The position numbers were made by a program, and so were the translations under genes. Below, piece by piece: positions 1 through 7,035 of a stretch of DNA of 35,335 bases. The stretch is from IMG/VR virus record IMGVR_UViG_3300022719_000275, positions 1-35,335 of that record; one strand, 5' to 3'. The notes under the pieces were generated by a model. The model was given only the letters and a program-made list of their open reading frames with translations, ran no database searches and was not told the DNA's origin. Every line of letters begins with the position of its first letter. The first letter of the stretch is position 1. This stretch comes from a virus. Lineage: Duplodnaviria > Caudoviricetes.

Positions 1-378
1 ACCTCTTAGATTTGCACCTGTGAGAGTTGCATTTGTGAGATTTGCATCTTGTGAAACTGCACCTGTGAGAGTTGCATTTGTGAGAGTTGCATTTCTTAGA
101 TCTGCACCTCTTAGATCTGCACCTGTGAGAGTTGCATTTGAGAGAGTTGCACCTGTGAGAGTTGCATTTGTGAGAGTTGCATTTGTGAGAGTTGCATTTC
201 TTAGATCTGCACCTCTTAGATCTGCATCTTCCAGATCTGCACCTGTGAGATCTGCACCTGTGAGATTTGCATGTTCTGAAACTGCTTTTTCAAGCGTGTC
301 TCGTATTGTGTTGTCTTCCTGCGTGTGTGAGAATAGTACTTTGTTGTTGAATGCCTTTATTTCGATTTTTGATTTCAT
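1..378 (-). CDS. Pentapeptide-repeat protein, paralog 1 (runs off window edge)
   Basis: Manual translation MKSKIEIKAFNNKVLFSHTQEDNTIRDTLEKAVSEHANLTGADLTGADLEDADLRG...; A(D/N/T)Lxx repeats; N-terminus nearly identical to 836..1576. Confidence 0.9.
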   Translation of the reverse strand, partial: MKSKIEIKAFNNKVLFSHTQEDNTIRDTLEKAVSEHANLTGADLTGADLEDADLRGADLRNATLTNATLTNATLTGATLSNATLTGADLRGADLRNATLTNATLTGAVSQDANLTNATLTGANLRG

Positions 379-395
379 TCTAGTTGTCAGCCTCC
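277..395. repeat. ~119-bp near-identical repeat of 1475..1593 (5' ends of both pentapeptide genes plus junction motif)
   Basis: Direct alignment at offset 1198 with about 5 substitutions. Confidence 0.9.
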
Positions 396-700
396 TCATT
401 TCGGCAGTTTCTGCATAGTCCAGTTGAGTTTTTTCTTCCGCGTGGTGTCATGACTGTGCTGTTCACTGTATCATATAGCAGTTCCCCGACTATTATTGTC
501 ACTATTATTTCCAGGTTGCCAGTTGTTGGTATCTCTACCATGTTCAAATCACTGTAACCGACGTACTCGAACGCCTCGCTAACTTTTCCGTCAACGTCAA
601 AGAAGGAGACGATACCTTTTGTCTTGCTGATTAGTAATTCCTGAGAATGCTGATATATTCTCTTTGTGTCGCCATTTCGGTCTTTTATGATTATTTTCAT
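380..700 (-). CDS. Hypothetical protein ending in half a Zn ribbon (CRNC)
   Basis: ATGA-coupled to the upstream RHH gene; C-terminal STVMTPRGRKNS shared with 35123..35260. Confidence 0.7.
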   Translation of the reverse strand: MKIIIKDRNGDTKRIYQHSQELLISKTKGIVSFFDVDGKVSEAFEYVGYSDLNMVEIPTTGNLEIIVTIIVGELLYDTVNSTVMTPRGRKNSTGLCRNCRNEEADN

Positions 701-834
701 AATACTTCCTCCAGTTTTTCGTTGATTAACCGTGAGAGCGGGCAGTTTTTCTTGCTCTCTGAGATGGTAGCTGCTTGTAGAAGTCTTAGCTTTGCCTCTA
801 TTGAATCATCGAGGTTGATTGTTACCCTGCCCAT
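697..834 (-). CDS. Ribbon-helix-helix-like DNA-binding protein (45 aa)
   Basis: MGRVTINLDDSIEAKLRLLQAA...LSRLINEKLEEVL; ATG at 834 follows the junction motif. Confidence 0.7.
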   Translation of the reverse strand: MGRVTINLDDSIEAKLRLLQAATISESKKNCPLSRLINEKLEEVL

Positions 835-835
835 T

Positions 836-1576
836 CTAGATTTCAGCCTCCAGTACGGAATCAATGAGAACCAACGCGTGTGCTGCAAAGAAGCTGTTTT
901 GTGGCGTATCTCCTTTTCTGATCTGAAAGAACCACTGTTCGCAATAGTTGTGCAGGCCTTTTATGTAAAAGGGAATGCATGAGACTGTTTTCTGTATGCA
1001 TTTTTTGTCGCCTTTTGCCAGGGTTCCAATCAAACAGGCACACTGACCTTCGTATTGTGTTCCATCTATTTGTCCCTTGACTAGTTTTTCCCTCAAAAAT
1101 GGTAGTTCAGTTTTGAGATGTTCAAACACAAACAGCATGTCTCGTGAGCATTGATTGATGTATGACTCTGGAATGTTTTTTGCACCTCCTAGATTTGCAT
1201 ACATTAGATTTGCATACATTAGATTTGCAAACATTAGATTTGCACCTCCTAGATTTGCATACATTAGATTTGCAAACATTAGATTTGCACCTTCTAGATT
1301 TGCACCTGTGAGATCTGCATATGTGAGATCTGCATTTCTTAGATCTGCATTTCTTAGATCTGCATTTCTTAGATCTGCACCTTCTAGATCTGCATACATT
1401 AGATTTGCATCTTCCAGATTTGCATTTCTTAGAGTTGCATATGTGAGATCTGCATATGTGAGATCTGCATCTTGTGAAACTGCTTTTTCAAGTGTGTCTC
1501 GTATTGTGTTGTTTTCTTGTGTGTGTGAGAATAGTACTTTGTTGTTGAATGCCTTTATTTCGATTTTTGATTTCAT
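836..1576 (-). CDS. Pentapeptide-repeat protein, paralog 2, with C-terminal GxCACLIGT domain
   Basis: ADLTY/ANLMY/ADLRN repeats from 15-bp units; start set at MKSKIEIK by identity with paralog 1. Confidence 0.9.
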   Translation of the reverse strand: MKSKIEIKAFNNKVLFSHTQENNTIRDTLEKAVSQDADLTYADLTYATLRNANLEDANLMYADLEGADLRNADLRNADLRNADLTYADLTGANLEGANLMFANLMYANLGGANLMFANLMYANLMYANLGGAKNIPESYINQCSRDMLFVFEHLKTELPFLREKLVKGQIDGTQYEGQCACLIGTLAKGDKKCIQKTVSCIPFYIKGLHNYCEQWFFQIRKGDTPQNSFFAAHALVLIDSVLEAEI

Positions 1577-1577
1577 T

Positions 1578-1829
1578 CTAGTTTTCAGCCTCCGCGAAAT
1601 ATCTTTCCCTAATTTCATCTGCTAAAATACTTGCATTTGCTGTTTTTTTCGCATAGTCGAACTCTTCTGCAAGAGTCAGAAACTTGTCCTCGAAAATTAG
1701 ATCAAGTTTTTCAGTATCAAGTCTCATGTCATATTCGCATATCTCACGAGTCTCTTCTTTGAGTGCTTGAAATTTTTCGATTTGATCGACGATGTGGCCG
1801 TCACCCATTTGGTTTTGTGTTGTATTCAT
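1578..1829 (-). CDS. Hypothetical protein
   Basis: Start MNTTQNQ with upstream GGAGG directly after the preceding stop; ends EAEN* in the junction motif. Confidence 0.65.
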   Translation of the reverse strand: MNTTQNQMGDGHIVDQIEKFQALKEETREICEYDMRLDTEKLDLIFEDKFLTLAEEFDYAKKTANASILADEIRERYFAEAEN

Positions 1830-1830
1830 T

Positions 1831-2214
1831 TTAAAAACTTCCTCCATGTTTTTTCCAGAATTTTTCTTGTTCGTCATGATATTTGTCAACTTCATTACCT
1901 GCAATGCCTTTCATTTTTTGTGCTTGATTTTTGATGTACATTTCAGAAATTTTGTCGAATTTTCTACTTGATTCTAATGTGTTGACTTGTTTTTTTGCAA
2001 CATACATTTTTTCGACTTCGTCTAATGTTTCTTGATATATTTTTTCAAGACCTACTTTTTGTTCTTTTGATAATCGCTTCCATATTGCTAGATTGCTTAG
2101 ATTTTGTCTCATTTTTGAGATGTCATCTTGTCTATTGACTATGCTTTCGACTGAGTCTTTTTGAAGCTTAACGCTAAGGCCGTCACCCATTTTTTTGTTG
2201 AATTGCTTCTCCAT
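1831..2214 (-). CDS. Coiled-coil hypothetical protein, first gene of a leaderless early transcript
   Basis: TATA-like TTATATTAA starts 30 nt upstream of ATG(2214); begins ATGGAGAAGCAA. Confidence 0.7.
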   Translation of the reverse strand: MEKQFNKKMGDGLSVKLQKDSVESIVNRQDDISKMRQNLSNLAIWKRLSKEQKVGLEKIYQETLDEVEKMYVAKKQVNTLESSRKFDKISEMYIKNQAQKMKGIAGNEVDKYHDEQEKFWKKHGGSF

Positions 2215-2235
2215 GATTAACATTATCATACAACC

Positions 2236-2248
2236 TTAATATAAGTAT
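2236..2248 (-). promoter_or_regulatory. Archaeal TATA promoter (early type)
   Basis: ATACTTATATTAA on the minus strand; related boxes at 2908-2916, 3021-3030 and 3151-3160. Confidence 0.65.
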
Positions 2249-2285
2249 CGTTTTTTGTATTTAAAGATGCAAATATGCTTATAAG

Positions 2286-2390
2286 TCAATCATAGAGAAA
2301 TTGACAATCTACGCATGGAAAATGTAGTGTTTTTGCATGGCACCTAGGGCACTTCTTGACAGTTCGATACCAGTTTATCCATGAGCTCAT
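2286..2390 (-). CDS. Zn-finger microprotein (34 aa)
   Basis: MSSWINWYRTVKKCPRCHAKTLHFPCVDCQFLYD; two CxxC motifs; below ORF-track cutoff. Confidence 0.6.
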   Translation of the reverse strand: MSSWINWYRTVKKCPRCHAKTLHFPCVDCQFLYD

Positions 2391-2391
2391 T

Positions 2392-2559
2392 TTAATAATT
2401 GTTGAATTTTTCATTTTTCAGCTCTAAGTATACTCTGCTGAGCTCCTTACCGCAACGCGTACAGACAAATATCTTGACGTCGGTGTTATGTGGGCGTTGC
2501 TCCTCTACGTATTTTTCAGGATGCTTGCAATGATGAAAGTCCGTGACTGTTGGGTTCAT
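2392..2559 (-). CDS. Zn-finger microprotein (55 aa)
   Basis: MNPTVTDFHHCKHPEK...FVCTRCGKELSR; ATGA overlap with the upstream stop. Confidence 0.6.
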   Translation of the reverse strand: MNPTVTDFHHCKHPEKYVEEQRPHNTDVKIFVCTRCGKELSRVYLELKNEKFNNY

Positions 2560-2777
2560 TGTTTATTCTCAACTATTTTTCTATTATCATCCCTGAATGC
2601 TTTCTCAGTTTCCTTGATCAGTGAGAGTAGTTTTAGTCCCAGTGTCGTGGTGGCACCCGTGTCTTTCAAGTCGCCTGCAGTGATTTGGTCTGAGTGATAT
2701 TCCACCGTCGCATCAAACTGCCATGCGCCTTTGGCTGACTGGTGGGCGTTGATTCTGAAACGTGGTTTTTCGTCCAT
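2556..2777 (-). CDS. Hypothetical protein
   Basis: 73-aa ORF abutting neighbours on both sides. Confidence 0.65.
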   Translation of the reverse strand: MDEKPRFRINAHQSAKGAWQFDATVEYHSDQITAGDLKDTGATTTLGLKLLSLIKETEKAFRDDNRKIVENKQ

Positions 2778-2885
2778 CTATTGCGCCCCCATTAGCTGAT
2801 CCAGATAACTGATGTCTTCTTCAATTATCTCTAGTTGTTTTTCTATTTTGGCATCAAGTGCCTTGATTAAATTTTGCTTCTCCAT
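2778..2885 (-). CDS. Small coiled-coil protein (35 aa), leaderless
   Basis: MEKQNLIKALDAKIEKQLEIIEEDISYLDQLMGAQ; TTAATATA box starts 30 nt upstream; begins ATGGAGAAGCAA. Confidence 0.65.
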   Translation of the reverse strand: MEKQNLIKALDAKIEKQLEIIEEDISYLDQLMGAQ

Positions 2886-2914
2886 ACTTATAGTATGAAG
2901 TGTGTACTATATTA

Positions 2915-2939
2915 AGTATTCCCTCCCCTTTGGAATACT
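2915..2939. promoter_or_regulatory. Inverted repeat AGTATTCC-N9-GGAATACT (operator or RNA 3' hairpin)
   Basis: Perfect 8-bp arms abutting the TATA box of the 2885 gene and the 3' end of candidate RNA-1. Confidence 0.5.
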
Positions 2940-2999
2940 AGAGAGGTGGCATGTGCTAGGAGAAGCAACGAAAAATGGTTTTTCGTCATGCCACCCTCT
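2940..2999 (-). ncRNA. Candidate Y-shaped antisense small RNA (RNA-1, ~60 nt)
   Basis: AGAGGGUGGCAUG/CAUGCCACCUCUCU closing stem; inner hairpins ACGAAAA-ACCAU-UUUUCGU and UGCU-UCUCCU-AGCA; own TATA box (3029->3021) predicts a start at the first stem base. Confidence 0.6.
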
Positions 3000-3035
3000 G
3001 CCATATGTTACAATCACTGATAAATATAAGTTATT

Positions 3036-3129
3036 AGGGAAGTTGTAGGTCAGGATCGCTATACCCGCGATCACTGACCGTGCTGGTCATGTTGTATCGC
3101 ATCTGCACGATTCGGGAGGCTCCAAGCCT
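3036..3129 (-). ncRNA. Candidate structured small RNA (RNA-2, ~90 nt)
   Basis: Stems AGGCU/AGCCU, CGUGC/GCACG and GGUCAG-GAUCGC/GCGAUC-CUGACC; TATA-like TTAATTTA starting at 3158 predicts a start at ~3128-3129. Confidence 0.5.
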
Positions 3130-3231
3130 AAATAGTAATATTCTAAGTAATAAATTAAGGTTGCTTCATTTTTCCTTCTTCCAGCCTCACAAGGCTGGAT
3201 ACTGTCATGTGACACGAGTTGTTCTGTTATT

Positions 3232-3624
3232 TCATGCAATTTTAGCTAGAAAGTGAGGTTGAGTCGCATGGTATTTGTGATTCTTGAATTTCAGTCTACC
3301 TTTTATCCAAATAATTTGGTAACCCATGCTGCGTATATTATGAAACCATTCCTGATCGGTCTTGGATGGCAGTAGCATGAATGAGCAACACTTGTTTGCG
3401 TTTGCTTCTGAAATAGCCTTATCCACAAACTGAGGCAGATGAGAATAAGGTGGATTTACATAGTTGTATTTCTTCCACGGTATTTGCAGTCCGTCAAAAT
3501 CGGGATTGAGAGGGCATGGATCAAACATGTCATCTTTTGACAGGCCAAACAGTTGATAAATCATATCGTATACTCGGTCAGGTGTTTCGTGTACGTCTGA
3601 CTTACGCAATGGCATGTAACTCAT
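3232..3624 (-). CDS. Phage-type DNA N6-adenine methyltransferase
   Basis: HETP...FDPCP...DGLQIPW...YVNPPYS...LLPSKTDQEWFH...GRLKF; ATGA-coupled to the MCM stop. Confidence 0.9.
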   Translation of the reverse strand: MSYMPLRKSDVHETPDRVYDMIYQLFGLSKDDMFDPCPLNPDFDGLQIPWKKYNYVNPPYSHLPQFVDKAISEANANKCCSFMLLPSKTDQEWFHNIRSMGYQIIWIKGRLKFKNHKYHATQPHFLAKIA

Positions 3625-5669
3625 TTCTGCCTCCTCAGTTTGCCTACCTTCGGCTCGTACAGCCATCCAGATTTTTTTCTGGAATCAATGTAAGACGATA
3701 TGGAGCGGTCTGTCTTGAAGAATTTCTGGTTTTCCAGCAGCTTTTCGGCAAGCTCATACTCTACAACATCGCCGTCGTCGTCTTCCAGTGCCAGATTTCT
3801 GAATGTCTCCTCAAAGAACTCGTCGCGGTTGATTGATCTGCCTCGCAGGTCAACTTGATGTATTCCATTGGACGTATTCATACCTAATGATTCAAGACAC
3901 TCCTTGTAGAAGTTTAACGCCCTCTGTACTATTAATTCGTCGATTTCCTTGCAGAACAGCAGTTTTGCATATGCCTCGGCGATTCTCTGTATTCCTTCCA
4001 TCTGCCTGGTCTGGATTGGTAGCGCTCCGTCTGGCTGTTCTACCTGTGAAAATTCAACAAACTTGTTGATCAGCATCTCCTCCGCCTCCGGTGTAAATAT
4101 TGGTCGTAACTTTCTCAAATGATTCAGCAGACCTCTCAGCCATTTTGGATCTGCTGCGGGTTCCAGGTCGCCGCGTTTCTGTCGTGCTATATGCTGCATT
4201 TTAGCCCTAATTTGGTTCTCCTGTGTCTCATGTCGTAATCTAATTACTATGTCAAATCTCGTTAGGGTTGAACCGTCGAAGGGGACATTGTCTATGATTG
4301 GGGCATGTTCATTCCAGATTTCATTTGAGGGATTGCATGCAGATATTACCGTGGTCTTTGTTTCTGCATTGCCTACGTGACCGCCCTTGTTGTATGTTGC
4401 TCTTTGCTGCTCCATTGCGATGTTTAGCTTTTTCTGCTCGGATTTTGGCATCTTGTCATGCTCGTCTACTATGAGATGCCCACCCGAGTTCAGTATCATT
4501 GCGCCTGCCCGCAGTATCTTGATTCCATCATATTCATCTAATGCAAACAGCACGCCCACTCCGGTACTGTTAGAACCGTCAATTATGCTAGCTTTTTCTG
4601 CTATCATATTTGTGAATTTGAGCAATTCGGATTTTCCGGTATCGGCCTCAGAAATTAGCATCATATGGGACTCTTTTCTATAACCTACAAAGTTAGAGCC
4701 TCCCAGCAGTGAAAGATATAATGCGAGTTTTTCAAGCCGTCTGCCAAATATCTTCGGGCAAAACGAGTCTATCAGATGATCTAGATACTGAGCTGGTTTC
4801 GTGCTTGCAAATTCATGTGCTATCTGAATTTCATGTGGGGTGAGAGTGATTTCCTGTTTTTCTGCAACATCGGCCACCATTATTGCGTCTATGACTAGAG
4901 ATTTTTCACTTGTTACCTTCTGTCCGCTTACTGGTTCCTGCGCCTGGTAGAATCCGATAATCTTCTTGTTCTGCCCTAATCCGATATTATTAGTGTCATC
5001 GCCATGGAGTATGCATTTGATGACGACCGGGTTGTTGTTTTTTGCACGAGACTCGGGCTCCTGAATCAGGACATTTTGTATATACTTTCCTGTTTGTGTA
5101 TCAAGTTTTTTGGGACTGGGTCCAATTATAACGCATTGAAACGATATGACTGTGCTGAGGTCGGTTTCCCGAAGATCAGACAAGCTGATTTCTGGTATGT
5201 CTACTGTAAGATCTACCTGTATCGCGTTTCGAATGTGATCTGAAAGCATCTTTGCACCCTCATTCATTGAATATTTTGTCACTGCCTGCGAGGGTTCAAA
5301 TCCCTGCAGTCCTGCCCATTTTGTGACCCAATACGTCCATACAGCCTCGTATACTGCGTTTTCTACTCTTGATTTCAAGTCGTGCTTTGCTGCCTGTATG
5401 AATTCAGTATCTGATATTTTAATAGGATAATACTGTTTTAGTATCGTGTCCTTGTGATTTTCATTTAGTAATTTGTCTCGTAGCTCATCCTGATGCCTCG
5501 ATGCTGTCTTGAGATCCTTTTCATGGATTCCTTTGAATAATGTGAGTTCCTGATTGATTATTGTTGAGATTTTTTCCTGTACTGTTACCCCTTGCTTTTC
5601 AAGGTAATGCTTCCAGTCAATATAATCATCTTTTTCTCCAGCGTACTTGAATGATACAGTATCTGACAT
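3621..5669 (-). CDS. mcm: MCM replicative helicase
   Basis: Walker A variant SEADTGKS, Walker B IVDEHDKM, AMEQQ, Arg finger TRFD, sensor-2 TRQMEG; start MSDTV preceded by GGAG. Confidence 0.93.
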   Translation of the reverse strand: MSDTVSFKYAGEKDDYIDWKHYLEKQGVTVQEKISTIINQELTLFKGIHEKDLKTASRHQDELRDKLLNENHKDTILKQYYPIKISDTEFIQAAKHDLKSRVENAVYEAVWTYWVTKWAGLQGFEPSQAVTKYSMNEGAKMLSDHIRNAIQVDLTVDIPEISLSDLRETDLSTVISFQCVIIGPSPKKLDTQTGKYIQNVLIQEPESRAKNNNPVVIKCILHGDDTNNIGLGQNKKIIGFYQAQEPVSGQKVTSEKSLVIDAIMVADVAEKQEITLTPHEIQIAHEFASTKPAQYLDHLIDSFCPKIFGRRLEKLALYLSLLGGSNFVGYRKESHMMLISEADTGKSELLKFTNMIAEKASIIDGSNSTGVGVLFALDEYDGIKILRAGAMILNSGGHLIVDEHDKMPKSEQKKLNIAMEQQRATYNKGGHVGNAETKTTVISACNPSNEIWNEHAPIIDNVPFDGSTLTRFDIVIRLRHETQENQIRAKMQHIARQKRGDLEPAADPKWLRGLLNHLRKLRPIFTPEAEEMLINKFVEFSQVEQPDGALPIQTRQMEGIQRIAEAYAKLLFCKEIDELIVQRALNFYKECLESLGMNTSNGIHQVDLRGRSINRDEFFEETFRNLALEDDDGDVVEYELAEKLLENQKFFKTDRSISSYIDSRKKSGWLYEPKVGKLRRQK

Positions 5670-5800
5670 AATATTACTCCTGACCAGCTGACAAGCTGAC
5701 AAGCTTACCGCTTTTATTTTCTTTTTTCAAACATCGTACTATCATATGTAAACCCTTACAGATCTTGACATTCTCAATATAGTCATCATAACCTTAATTA

Positions 5801-5824
5801 TCACTTCCATGTTTGCTTCTCCAT
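5801..5824 (-). CDS. Candidate leader mini-ORF MEKQTWK upstream of MCM
   Basis: ATGGAGAAGCAAACATGGAAGTGA; TATA-like TAATAAAG starts 28 nt upstream. Confidence 0.4.
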   Translation of the reverse strand: MEKQTWK

Positions 5825-5919
5825 TATCATAATAATAATAGTGTCTTTATTAGTTTTTTGTTTTCATTCAAGTGGCTCCATGGATGAATGAGCGTTTTCT
5901 CTCTATTGATTTAGTGTTA

Positions 5920-6075
5920 CTATTTTTTGTCATGATTATTGGGGACTGACACAGTTCCTTCCTTTTTTGTATTCATCTCCCCACTTACTACCATCCGGAT
6001 GGCTTCTAATTGCCTCCACAGCGAGAGGTATTCATATTGATCCGAGAGTCGAAAGTCAGCGTGTTTTTTGATCAC
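5920..6075 (-). CDS. Hypothetical protein (51 aa)
   Basis: GTGA overlap with the upstream stop; MIKKHADFRLSDQYEYLSLWRQLEAIRM... Confidence 0.45.
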   Translation of the reverse strand: MIKKHADFRLSDQYEYLSLWRQLEAIRMVVSGEMNTKKEGTVSVPNNHDKK

Positions 6076-6344
6076 TTTCTCATTGCCTCCGTGTTCCAAA
6101 CTGTTGCTGCATTAGCGATTGCCTGCTCGGCTCCGTGTTCCTTGCAGAGCTTGATGAATGCCTCTGTCATTATTATAGCACGTTTCTTTCTTTCCATCAA
6201 ATCGTCTATTGATTTGCCTTGCTGTGTTGCCTGACAGTTTTCGCCTGATATGCACCAGTTGTCATTCTTGTTCTTGTTGATCTCGTCACCAATATTGATT
6301 TTTTTGCCGCAGTCCTTGCAGATGTTTTCATATTTTGATTTCAA
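6072..6344 (-). CDS. Zn-finger protein
   Basis: CKDCGKKINIGDEI...WCISGENC; GAGGGTGA SD-like element upstream. Confidence 0.7.
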   Translation of the reverse strand: MKSKYENICKDCGKKINIGDEINKNKNDNWCISGENCQATQQGKSIDDLMERKKRAIIMTEAFIKLCKEHGAEQAIANAATVWNTEAMRK

Positions 6345-6361
6345 TTTGCTTCTTCACCCTC

Positions 6362-6859
6362 TTATGAAAAATCGTCAAGCGGACTGACACCATTGTCCTC
6401 CTCAAAGCATTCTATGAATCCCTCGACATTGGTGTCTGCATCCAATGTGATGACTTCTAGTTTGATCACCTGGCCAGCATCTACCTTGTGTCCAATGTTT
6501 GAAAATTCGTATGAGAATACCTGCATTCCTGCATCGAATGTAGACTCCATGGTCAGTGTCGATTTTGCAGTTTCTACTATCGTGCCGTTTACTTTCAAGA
6601 CAACCGCATCTGCAACTGATTGTGTATTACTGTTATTCAGAAAAAAGATGACTTTGGCACGAGCCAGATACATGTCTTTTGCCGTGTTTGCTGTAAGTGT
6701 AGCTAGATCACCAGTGGCAGAGAGAGATCCATCATCATGTCTGAGCTTGCCAAGGAATTCCTTTGTGGAAAGAAATAAAATATCAGACATTAATAACCCC
6801 GACGTGACCAGGTTCCCTGAAACGGGGATTGTATATGATTCTAGAACAGGAAATATCAT
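6362..6859 (-). CDS. Hypothetical beta-rich protein (possible virion component)
   Basis: 165-aa ORF, beta-strand-rich, ATGA-coupled. Confidence 0.65.
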   Translation of the reverse strand: MIFPVLESYTIPVSGNLVTSGLLMSDILFLSTKEFLGKLRHDDGSLSATGDLATLTANTAKDMYLARAKVIFFLNNSNTQSVADAVVLKVNGTIVETAKSTLTMESTFDAGMQVFSYEFSNIGHKVDAGQVIKLEVITLDADTNVEGFIECFEEDNGVSPLDDFS

Positions 6860-7011
6860 CCATTACTTTTCTCCTGCTTTAAATGTGAAATTGTCTTGTT
6901 TAATTCCTCTATAATTTTATTCTTATTATCCAGTTCGTTTTGTAGTTTTTCTTTTTCTAGCTGTTTTGAAATCATATAATTGTGCAAGCCTTGCCAGTCT
7001 AGCTGATACAT
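6856..7011 (-). CDS. Small coiled-coil protein (51 aa)
   Basis: MYQLDWQGLHNYMISKQLEKEKLQNELDNKNKIIEELNK...; stop overlaps the next ATG. Confidence 0.5.
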   Translation of the reverse strand: MYQLDWQGLHNYMISKQLEKEKLQNELDNKNKIIEELNKTISHLKQEKSNG

Positions 7012-7035
7012 TATACAATAAAAAGAAGGGTTTGG

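Noticed and set aside
1-1480. 15-bp periodic repeats as a CRISPR array
   Set aside because: Contiguous, degenerate, in-frame coding units with no unique spacers; no cas genes.
20-1625. Plus-strand ORFs 20..418 and 1155..1625 with RSAP/RFAY repeats, and the other plus-strand ORFs
   Set aside because: Antisense shadows of minus-strand genes; no motifs or plus-strand promoters recognised.
2912-3004. 30-aa ORF MAEGGMTKNHFSLLLLAHATSLVFQRGGNT as a type I toxin
   Set aside because: Its ATG (3004) lies upstream of the predicted start (2999) and the inner ATG is stem-paired; the RNA reading fits better, though translation is not excluded.
2940-3129. tRNA or C/D-box RNA identity for the structured RNAs
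   Set aside because: No cloverleaf or T-loop motif; CUGA is inside a stem and there is no proper box C.
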